Source: an uncultured Candidatus Binatia bacterium (GTDB lineage: Bacteria > Desulfobacterota > Binatia > UBA9968 > JAJDTQ01). From it: a stretch of 64,000 nucleotides of DNA. The stretch's first letter is position 1. Every line of letters begins with the position of its first letter. The stretch is from the NCBI GenBank assembly GCA_965242525.1, contig OZ251459.1, positions 3,424,001-3,488,000 on the forward strand, read 5' to 3'. The position numbers and the translations under genes were made by a program. Below are positions 56,750 through 64,000 of the stretch, piece after piece. The notes below the pieces were generated by a model. That model was not told the DNA's origin. It made no database searches and saw nothing but the letters and a program-made list of their open reading frames with translations.

Positions 56750-57667
56750 ATGAGCGACCGGTTGCCGATAATCATCCTGGCCGGCGGCAACGATCAACTG
56801 GAGACCATACCCGGGGGACTCACGGACCGGGACATGCTGCGCGGGTTCAAGGGAGCGGTGCCGCTGCCGTCCGGGCGCTGCATCGCCGGCGAGCTGGTCC
56901 AGCGGGTACGCGAGAGCGAGCGGTTCACGGAGCCCGTGCTGGTGGGGCCGCGGCGGGTTTACCGCGGCTTGGTGGACTGCGAGATAGCGGACACCAGCGG
57001 CGACCTCCTGGCCACCGTCACCACCTTGACCGGCCTGCTCACCGAGCGCTACCCGGAGCGGCCCGTGGCCGTTTCCGCCTGCGACATCCTTCCCACCGCG
57101 GCGGACTTCCGCACGTTGCTGGACCAGTCGTACGCGCCCCATGCCGACAGCGGGCTGTGGTGGCAGATGGTCGCCGCGGAGCCCGCGGAGATGGGGGTCA
57201 GTAGGTGGAAGCCCAGCTACCGCTTGCGGCCTTCCCCCGGCGGGCCGTTGCTCAACCTGTATCCCGGCCACCTGCTGATCCTCCGGCCCTGCGCGGTCCG
57301 CTTGGACTGGTTCAACCTGTTCCTGATGCTGGCCTACCGCTACCGCAACCGCAGCATCTACGAGCGCATGATCCGGATCACCCTCCGGGCCGTGGGCCTG
57401 TGGCTGGCGGAGGACTGGAGCCGGGCCGCCTCCTTCCAGCGGCCCGGGCGCACGCTCGCGGCCCCCTACGGCATCTTCCGCACCTACCTCAAGTACTGCC
57501 TGCAACGGCTCACGGTTCCCGAACTCGCTGACGAGCTGGGCCGGCAGGTCATGGCGCCCGACCGCTTGCCGGGGGTGGAGCATCCCGTGGCCATGGCGGT
57601 CACCCGGATACGGTCCTTCGCCAAGGACATCGACACGCAACAGGAGTTGGCGGAAATCGCGGGTTGA
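56750..57667 (+). CDS. Hypothetical protein with nucleotidyltransferase (GT-A)-like fold
   Basis: IIILAGG, KG, ACDIL-P, C-terminal KDIDTQQE. Confidence 0.65.
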   Translation: MSDRLPIIILAGGNDQLETIPGGLTDRDMLRGFKGAVPLPSGRCIAGELVQRVRESERFTEPVLVGPRRVYRGLVDCEIADTSGDLLATVTTLTGLLTERYPERPVAVSACDILPTAADFRTLLDQSYAPHADSGLWWQMVAAEPAEMGVSRWKPSYRLRPSPGGPLLNLYPGHLLILRPCAVRLDWFNLFLMLAYRYRNRSIYERMIRITLRAVGLWLAEDWSRAASFQRPGRTLAAPYGIFRTYLKYCLQRLTVPELADELGRQVMAPDRLPGVEHPVAMAVTRIRSFAKDIDTQQELAEIAG

Positions 57668-57760
57668 CCGGCGCTTCCGTACCCCGCTTCCCGGCTCCTT
57701 CGCCCGCAGGCAGCAAGCCGGCCGGCGTTGCGGACGCCCCCACCCCGTCATTCCCGCAAA

Positions 57761-57865
57761 GGAAACTCTGAACGATTATCCCCGTTCGTCCTGAGCGTAG
57801 CGAAGTCGGAGGACGCGCTTTCCTGCAGGGAGAGGATGTCCAAGCCGGAATCGTTCAGGGTTTCC
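57761..57865 (+). mobile_element. MITE inserted into a family-A half-site
   Basis: CAAA duplicated (57757-60, 57866-69); GGAAACTCTGAACGATT ... AATCGTTCAGGGTTTCC. Confidence 0.85.
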
Positions 57866-57921
57866 CAAAGCCCACCCACGTAGAAGCCTACCCTGTCATT
57901 CGAAGATTCAAAGCCCATTCC

Positions 57922-58130
57922 GTCATTCCCGCGAAAGCGGGAATCCAGACGGACCATGGCACTCTGTATGTCGGTGTCACGTCGAATTCCGTTCCGCGGA
58001 TCTGGCAAAAGCGAGCGAAGGAAGGTCTGATCAATGAGCGCGTCCTTCGACTTCGCTACGCTCAGGATGAACGGGGATAATCGTTCAGAGTTTCCTGAAG
58101 TGAGTGGATTCCCGCTTTCGCGGGAATGAC
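57922..58130. repeat. Inverted family-A REP pair enclosing a short MITE (58020-58095)
   Basis: A copies at 57922-57947 and 58105-58130; MITE ends GGAAGGTCTGATCAAT / AATCGTTCAGAGTTTCC. Confidence 0.85.
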
Positions 58131-58319
58131 GGAGTGAAGGCGTCCGCGGGGGGTCAAGGAGAGGACGCTGCGGAGGGTTGAAGGCGTCCGCAAGGGGGCT
58201 AGGAGGGGACGCTGCAGAGGGTCAGGGAGGGGAGCCGCACAGGGAGGGGACGCCGCAACCGGATGGATGGCGCCGCATGGAACGGGCGCTGAGGGAACTC
58301 CTGGCGAAGGTCCGGGCTT

Positions 58320-59051
58320 CTATTCGGTGACCCCGGCGAGCCACTCGTCGAAGAACTGCGGCCCGTGGCGCTCCAGTGCGGGCGCGAACCGGGAGGTGGA
58401 GTTGCGGAGTTGCGCCACCGAGACGCCCGGGGTGGTCTCGATCTCCAGGGCGTGGCCGATGAACCACCGTTCGAGTCCGTCCGAGGTCGCTTCCGGGTGG
58501 AACTGGAGGGCGAGGGTGTGTCCGTCCCAGAGGAACGCCTGGTTCTCGCACGCGGGGGTCGAGGCCAGGAGGGCCGCGCCCCGGGGCAGGTCGAAGGTGT
58601 CCCCGTGCCAGTGGAGCACCTGCGTCCGGTCGGGCGCCAGGTGGCGCAGGGGGGAGGCGCTGCCGGCCTCGGTCAGGGACAGGGGGCTCCAGCCGATCTC
58701 CTTGCCCCCGGCGCCGAACACCCGGTAGCCCAGGGCACGGGCCATGAGCTGGGCGCCCAGGCAGATGCCCAGGGACGGCCGCCCGCGGGCGAGCCGGCGC
58801 TCCAGCAATCGGACCTCGTCGGCGAGGAAGGGGTACTGCCGTTCGTCGGCTGCGCTGATGGGGCCGCCGAGCACCATGAGCAGGTCCGCGCCCGCGGCGT
58901 CCGCCTGGTCCAGGCGGTCCGTTCCCGCCTCCAGGTACTCGATCCGGTAACCGGCGCGGATGAGGGGCGCGGCAAACGATCCCAGGTCCTCGAAAGCCAC
59001 GTGCCGGATTACCACGGCGCGCCTGTGCAGGGCGGAATCGGTATCGACCAT
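58320..59051 (-). CDS. Class I glutamine amidotransferase-like protein
   Basis: RHVAFEDLG, LGGP, LGICLGAQL, HWHGDTFDLP, QFHPE. Confidence 0.92.
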   Translation of the reverse strand: MVDTDSALHRRAVVIRHVAFEDLGSFAAPLIRAGYRIEYLEAGTDRLDQADAAGADLLMVLGGPISAADERQYPFLADEVRLLERRLARGRPSLGICLGAQLMARALGYRVFGAGGKEIGWSPLSLTEAGSASPLRHLAPDRTQVLHWHGDTFDLPRGAALLASTPACENQAFLWDGHTLALQFHPEATSDGLERWFIGHALEIETTPGVSVAQLRNSTSRFAPALERHGPQFFDEWLAGVTE

Positions 59052-59185
59052 CAGCGGAAACCTGCGTTGGACGATCCCGGGAAAACTCTGACCAATCGAG
59101 CCGTGGGCGAGGGCATTCCCTCGCGTGACCCTTCCATCCCCGTTCGTCCTGAGCGTAGCGAAGCGGAGTCGAAGGACGCGCTCCG

Positions 59186-59338
59186 TCACCTTCTCACGAG
59201 GCCCATTGCGACGCCTATCTTGACAAGGCCGCATCCCAGTAGCCAGAGCACATCCATTACGATGACCAACCCGTACATCACCATAGAAAACAGCAGGAGC
59301 ACCAAACAAAACAGCAGGAACACCAGCAGCTCGATCAT
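59186..59338 (-). CDS. 50-aa hydrophobic small membrane protein
   Basis: GGGAGG 8 nt before ATG; MIELLVFLLFCLVLLLFSMVMYGLVIVMDVLWLLGCGLVKIGVAMGLVRR*. Confidence 0.6.
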   Translation of the reverse strand: MIELLVFLLFCLVLLLFSMVMYGLVIVMDVLWLLGCGLVKIGVAMGLVRR

Positions 59339-59451
59339 CCCGCTTGCCTCCCTGGATCAACCGCAGGCACCGGCCCCACTCATGGCGGCCCTTGACCCTC
59401 TTGCCCCGGACCTTCCCACTAACGCGGAAAAGTCCTAAACTCAAACGCGGC

Positions 59452-61230
59452 ATGACGCGTTCCACCCCTTCCACCACCGTCGGTCCCGGCCGCTTGGCGC
59501 TACGCCGGCACCCCGTCCTGCCTGCGCCCGAGGGGCCGGTGGTCCTCCTCATCCTCGACGGCGTGGGCATCGGCTCCGGGGACGAGTTCGACGCGGTGGC
59601 CCTGGCGCGCACGCCGAACCTGGACGGGTTGGGCCAATCGGGCCTCGCGGCCTCCCTCCGGGCCCACGGGACCGCGGTGGGCCTGCCCTCCGACGCGGAC
59701 ATCGGCAACTCCGAGGTCGGGCACAACATCATGGGCGCGGGCCGGGTCTTCGACCAGGGCGCCAAGTGCGTGGATCGGGCCATGGACACGGGGGCCATCT
59801 GGGGCGGCTACTGGAAGACCCTCGTGGAGGGGATCCGCTCCGACCGGGGCGCCCTGCACCTCATGGGGTTGTTGTCGGACGGCAACGTGCACTCCCACGA
59901 AGCCCACCTGCACGCGCTGGTCCGCCGGGCCGACGAGGAAGGCCTGCCGCGGGTTTACGTGCACGCCCTGCTGGACGGGCGCGACGTTCCCGACCGGACC
60001 GCGCTGGTCCATGTCGAGCGCCTGGAGACCCTGCTCCGCGGCATCCGGGACAAGGGCGGCAGGGACTACCGCATCGCCTCGGGGGGCGGCCGGATGGTAG
60101 TCACCATGGACCGCTACGAGGCGGACTGGAGCATCGTGGCCCGGGGCTGGAGCGCCCACGTCCACGGAGAGGCCCCGGGGTTCCCCAGCGCCGCGGCCGC
60201 GGTGGAGCACTTCCGACGGCATGGGCACGACACCGGCGGCCAAGCGGCGCCAGTCGGGCCCGGGCGGCCCGAGCCGGGCTTCGGCGGGCCGCCGCCTGGA
60301 ATCAGCGACCAGGTGATCCCGGCCTTTACCGTGCGGCGCCCGAACGGCGCCCCGGTGGCCACCGTTGAGGACGGCGACGGGGTGGTCTTCTTCAACTTCC
60401 GCGGCGACCGCGCCATGGAGATCTCCCGGGCCTTCACCGAGGGGGCCGGGTTCGACCGATTCGACCGGGGCCGGACGCCAAAGGCGCGGTTCGCGGGCAT
60501 GATGCTGTACGACGGGGACCAGGGCATACCCGAGCATTACCTGGTGGCGCCGCCCGAGGTCCGCGGCCCCCTGGGCGAGTATCTGGCGGGCGCGGGCGTC
60601 GCCCAGTTCGCGTGCGCGGAGACCCAGAAGTTCGGGCACGTCACCTACTTCTGGAACGGCAACCGCTCCGGCAAGTTCGACGAGGCACTGGAGGAGTACC
60701 TGGAGATCGACTCGGACCGGGCCCCTTTCGAGGAGCGGCCGTGGATGCGCTCCGCGGAGACCGCGGACGCGGTGGTCCGCGCCATCGGCGCGGGCCGTTA
60801 CCGGTTCATCCGGGCGAACTTCGCCGGCGGCGACATGGTGGGGCACACGGGAAACCTGGACGCCACCGTGACGGCGGTGCAAGCCATCGACCTGGCCATC
60901 GGCCGCATCCTCCCGGCCGCGGCCCGTGCCCGGGGCTGCTTGGTGGTGACCGGGGACCACGGCAACGCCGAGGACATGGTGGAGCGGGGCGAGGGCGGCC
61001 GACCCCTCTACGCCTGCGGCAAGCCCGTCTTCCGGACCGCCCACTCGGTCAACCCCGTGCCCCTGTTCATCCGGGACTACTCAGGGCGCGGCTACGGCTT
61101 GGCGCCTCCCGCGGGCGCGGGCTTGGCCAACCTCGCCGCAACCCTGCTGGAGCTGATGGGCTACGCCCCGCCCGACGAGTTCGCCCCGAGCCTGCTGGAC
61201 ACCGCCCGGGGCGGGCAGGCTCCCGGTTGA
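59452..61230 (+). CDS. gpmI: 2,3-bisphosphoglycerate-independent phosphoglycerate mutase
   Basis: LILDG, GNSEVGH, SDGNVHS, LDGRD, FNFRGDR, ETQKFGHVT, DMVGHTG, DHGN. Confidence 0.95.
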   Translation: MTRSTPSTTVGPGRLALRRHPVLPAPEGPVVLLILDGVGIGSGDEFDAVALARTPNLDGLGQSGLAASLRAHGTAVGLPSDADIGNSEVGHNIMGAGRVFDQGAKCVDRAMDTGAIWGGYWKTLVEGIRSDRGALHLMGLLSDGNVHSHEAHLHALVRRADEEGLPRVYVHALLDGRDVPDRTALVHVERLETLLRGIRDKGGRDYRIASGGGRMVVTMDRYEADWSIVARGWSAHVHGEAPGFPSAAAAVEHFRRHGHDTGGQAAPVGPGRPEPGFGGPPPGISDQVIPAFTVRRPNGAPVATVEDGDGVVFFNFRGDRAMEISRAFTEGAGFDRFDRGRTPKARFAGMMLYDGDQGIPEHYLVAPPEVRGPLGEYLAGAGVAQFACAETQKFGHVTYFWNGNRSGKFDEALEEYLEIDSDRAPFEERPWMRSAETADAVVRAIGAGRYRFIRANFAGGDMVGHTGNLDATVTAVQAIDLAIGRILPAAARARGCLVVTGDHGNAEDMVERGEGGRPLYACGKPVFRTAHSVNPVPLFIRDYSGRGYGLAPPAGAGLANLAATLLELMGYAPPDEFAPSLLDTARGGQAPG

Positions 61231-61256
61231 CCCCTCTTTGCGGGCCATAGTAGGCT
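61227..61256 (+). promoter_or_regulatory. Probable leaderless promoter of polA
   Basis: TTGACC, 18 nt, TAGGCT, then 6 nt to ATG with no SD. Confidence 0.5.
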
Positions 61257-61262
61257 GCAACC

Positions 61263-63941
61263 ATGCCTTCGACGGGGAACACGTCCGGGAGGCCGGGGAA
61301 GCGCGGCGCCAAGGCCGGGTCCGGGAAAGGCGGGGTCGTGCTCCTGGACGGCTACTCGCTGGCGTTCCGCGCTTTCTTCGCGCTGCCGGAGAACCTCGGC
61401 ACCTCTTCCGGCCAGGTCACCAACGCGGTCTTCGGCTTCACCTCCATGCTCATCAAGCTGGAGGGCGAGGAACGTCCGGACGCGGTCATCGCGTGCATGG
61501 ACAAGGGGGCGCCCCGGTTCCGCCTGGACCGGTACCCGGAGTACAAGGGAGGCCGGAACGAGACCCCGGAGGCCCTGCGGCAGCAGTTCCCGCTCATACG
61601 CGAGGTGCTGGAGGCGCTGCGCGTCCCGGTGGTGGAGCTGGAAGGCTACGAGGCCGACGACCTGCTGGCCACGTTGGCCCGGCGGGCCGCGGAAGCGGGC
61701 CGCCGGGTGGTGATCGTCACCGGGGACCGGGACTGCCTCCAACTGGTGAACGACCGGGTGACCGTGCTGATGACGCGCCGGGGCGTCACCGACATGATCC
61801 GCTACGACCCGGCCACGGTGGAGGAGCGCTACGGCGTGGCCCCGGACCGCTGGACGGACTTCGCCGCCCTCAAGGGGGAGCAGGCGGACAACTTGCCGGG
61901 GGTCCCCGGGGTGGGGGACAAGACCGCGGCGCAGCTCCTGAAGAAATACGACGACATCGAGGGCGTCATCGGCCACGCGGCCGAGCTCACCCCCAAGGTG
62001 CGCAAGGGCGTCGAGGCGTGCGCCGGGCAGATCCGGCTCAACCGGGAGCTGGGCCGGCTGCTCGACGACGTGCCGCTGGAGACGGACGCGGACCTGTTCC
62101 GCCGTGAGCCCTGGGACCCGGAGGAGGTGCGCCGGCTGTTCGGCTCCCTGGAGTTCAAGACGCTGTACGAAAGGCTCCGGGCGCTGGGTCCCGGTTACGC
62201 CCGGCCCGACGAGGCCGCCATCCGGCCGGAGTCCGTGTCCCGGTGGACCTCCGGCAGCGACGTCCCGCGGGCCGACCCGGTGGCGGTGGCGTGGGACGAC
62301 CGCGCGGCGGCGTTCTGCGCACGGCCCGGCCAGGTCGGCCTGCTGCCTTTCGCCGTGGCCGCCCGGGCCGACGAAGCCCTTGCGTCCGAGGACCCGCCCA
62401 AGGTCGTGTATGAGGCCAAGCCGTTGTACGGGGCCATGATCCGCAACGGCGTCCGGTTGCGGGGCGTCCGTTGCGACCTCAAGGTGGCCGCGTACCTGCT
62501 GGACCCCGGAGCCACCGGCGGCTATGGCCTCGACGACATCCTGCACCGCTACCTCGACGCATCGCTGGACCGGGAGGCCACCGGCGCGCCGGAGGACGGG
62601 CAGCTCAGCCTGGAGGGGGAGGACGCGGGCGCCGCGGCCCGGAGCCACCGGCTGGCCGCCGAGGCGGTCGCGGTCCGGGCCGCGGCGCCGGTGCTGGAGG
62701 CGCGTCTCAGGGAGGCCGGTTCCTGGGACTTGGCCCAGACCCTCGAATTCCCGCTCACCGAGGTGCTGGCCCGCATGGAGCACGCGGGCATCCTGGTGGA
62801 CGACGAGTACCTGCGCACGCTCAACGACGAGTTGGGCGCAAGGATGACGGCCTTGCAGGCCAGGGTCCAGGAGCATGCGGGAGAGAAGTTCAACGTGAAC
62901 TCCCATCCGCAGCTCGGACGGATACTGTTCGACAAGCTGGGGCTGCCGAAGACCAAGAAGATCAAGACGGGCTACTCCACCGACGCCGCGGAGCTGGGCA
63001 AGCTCGCGGGTCGGCATCCGATCGTCGACGCCCTGCTGGAGTACCGGGAGGTGGCCAAGCTCAAGACCGGGTTCACCGACTCGCTCCTGGGGCTCATCGA
63101 CGCCCGCACGGGCCGCATCCACACCACCTACGAGCAGGCCGCGGCCGCCACCGGCCGGCTGTCGTCGTCCGCGCCCAACCTCCAGAACATCCCCATTCGC
63201 GCGGACCTGGGGCGCCAGATCCGGCGCGCCTTCGTGGCCCCCGCGGACAGCGTGCTGGTGTCCGCGGACTACTCGCAGATCGAGCTGCGGATCCTGGCCC
63301 ACCTGTCGCAGGACGAAAGTTTCCTGGCGGCGTTCGCCCAGGGCCACGACTTCCACGCCACCATCGCCGCCAAGGTCCATGGGGTGGACCCGGGGGAGGT
63401 GACCGCGGACATGCGCAGCCGCGTCAAGCAGTTCTCCTACGGCATCGCCTACGGCATGTCGGCCTTCGGCGTGTCCCAGCGGCTGGGCATCGAGGTGGGC
63501 GACGCCAGGGACTTCATCGACGCCTACTACGCCCAGTTCCCGGGGGTCAAGGCGTTCCTGGACTCCCAGGTGGAGCGGGCCCGGGTCGACGGTTTCACCA
63601 CCACCATGTTCGGCCGGCGGCGGTACCTGCCGGAGCTCCAGTCCTCCAACTACCGACTGCGCGCGGTGGGGGAGCGCATGGCGCTGAACGCGCCCATCCA
63701 GGGCACCGCCGCGGACATCATGAAACGGGCCATGATCGACGTGGATCGGGCGTTGCTGGAGGAGCCGGTGGCCCGGATGCTGCTCACGGTGCACGACGAG
63801 CTGGTGTTCGAGGTTCCCCGTTCCCGGCTGGAGCAAGCCGCGGGGCTGGTCAAGGCGTCCATGGAGGGCGCCGCGGAGCTCCGCTGCGGCTTGGTGGTGG
63901 ACGTGCACACCGGGGACACCTGGGCCGACGCGCACGCCTGA
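61263..63941 (+). CDS. polA: DNA polymerase I
   Basis: 5'-exo LDGYSLAFRAF, EADD, DNLPGVPG; polymerase TGRLSS..PNLQNIP, ADYSQIELR, NAPIQGTAAD, VHDEL. Confidence 0.97.
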   Translation: MPSTGNTSGRPGKRGAKAGSGKGGVVLLDGYSLAFRAFFALPENLGTSSGQVTNAVFGFTSMLIKLEGEERPDAVIACMDKGAPRFRLDRYPEYKGGRNETPEALRQQFPLIREVLEALRVPVVELEGYEADDLLATLARRAAEAGRRVVIVTGDRDCLQLVNDRVTVLMTRRGVTDMIRYDPATVEERYGVAPDRWTDFAALKGEQADNLPGVPGVGDKTAAQLLKKYDDIEGVIGHAAELTPKVRKGVEACAGQIRLNRELGRLLDDVPLETDADLFRREPWDPEEVRRLFGSLEFKTLYERLRALGPGYARPDEAAIRPESVSRWTSGSDVPRADPVAVAWDDRAAAFCARPGQVGLLPFAVAARADEALASEDPPKVVYEAKPLYGAMIRNGVRLRGVRCDLKVAAYLLDPGATGGYGLDDILHRYLDASLDREATGAPEDGQLSLEGEDAGAAARSHRLAAEAVAVRAAAPVLEARLREAGSWDLAQTLEFPLTEVLARMEHAGILVDDEYLRTLNDELGARMTALQARVQEHAGEKFNVNSHPQLGRILFDKLGLPKTKKIKTGYSTDAAELGKLAGRHPIVDALLEYREVAKLKTGFTDSLLGLIDARTGRIHTTYEQAAAATGRLSSSAPNLQNIPIRADLGRQIRRAFVAPADSVLVSADYSQIELRILAHLSQDESFLAAFAQGHDFHATIAAKVHGVDPGEVTADMRSRVKQFSYGIAYGMSAFGVSQRLGIEVGDARDFIDAYYAQFPGVKAFLDSQVERARVDGFTTTMFGRRRYLPELQSSNYRLRAVGERMALNAPIQGTAADIMKRAMIDVDRALLEEPVARMLLTVHDELVFEVPRSRLEQAAGLVKASMEGAAELRCGLVVDVHTGDTWADAHA

Positions 63942-64000
63942 GCCGCGGACGTCCCGGGGTGGTTTTCGGGTCCGATATGGACTATCCTGCTTGGCATGGA

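Noticed and set aside
1-64000. tRNA, rRNA, transposase, integrase or prophage genes
   Set aside because: None recognised by eye; the mobilising enzymes for the repeats are not in this window.

Overview
High-GC Gram-negative bacterial chromosome segment (lpxA present; gene content suggests a deltaproteobacterium-like lineage such as Binatia, which is inference only) spanning the replication origin (hemL<-/->dnaA-dnaN). Left half: a large metal-homeostasis neighbourhood (Zn ABC with His-rich insert, DtxR/MntR regulator, bacterioferritin, imelysin/di-heme/DUF1513 iron genes, LbtU-like porin, Fe3+ SBP, decaying heme ABC, fused double ABC, second Mn/Zn ABC, two SCO proteins), a VapBC pair, PD-(D/E)XK nucleases and a single-chain restriction-modification enzyme. 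Right half: housekeeping genes (atpZIBE, moaBDE, lpxA, yacG, gpmI, polA). The most striking unexplained structure is a dense, nested non-autonomous repeat system. (A) A REP-like palindrome, GTCATTCCCGCGAAAGCGGGAATCC, spawns polar arrays of 24-27 bp half-site units and sits beside a GIY-YIG nuclease remnant. (B) A second palindrome, CCGTTCGTCCTGAGCGTAGCGAAGCGAAGTCGAAGGACGCGC (about 30 full or partial copies), travels as cargo inside IS5-like MITEs with visible 4-bp target duplications; these elements rewrite gene starts and ends. (C) A dispersed promoter-like module occurs in four copies. The ORF track also misses a UGA-containing UxxC selenoprotein redoxin, two small membrane proteins, an internally deleted nitrilase-like relic and a B. 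subtilis-like DnaA-trio unwinding module. All family assignments come from motif recognition by eye; no searches were run.
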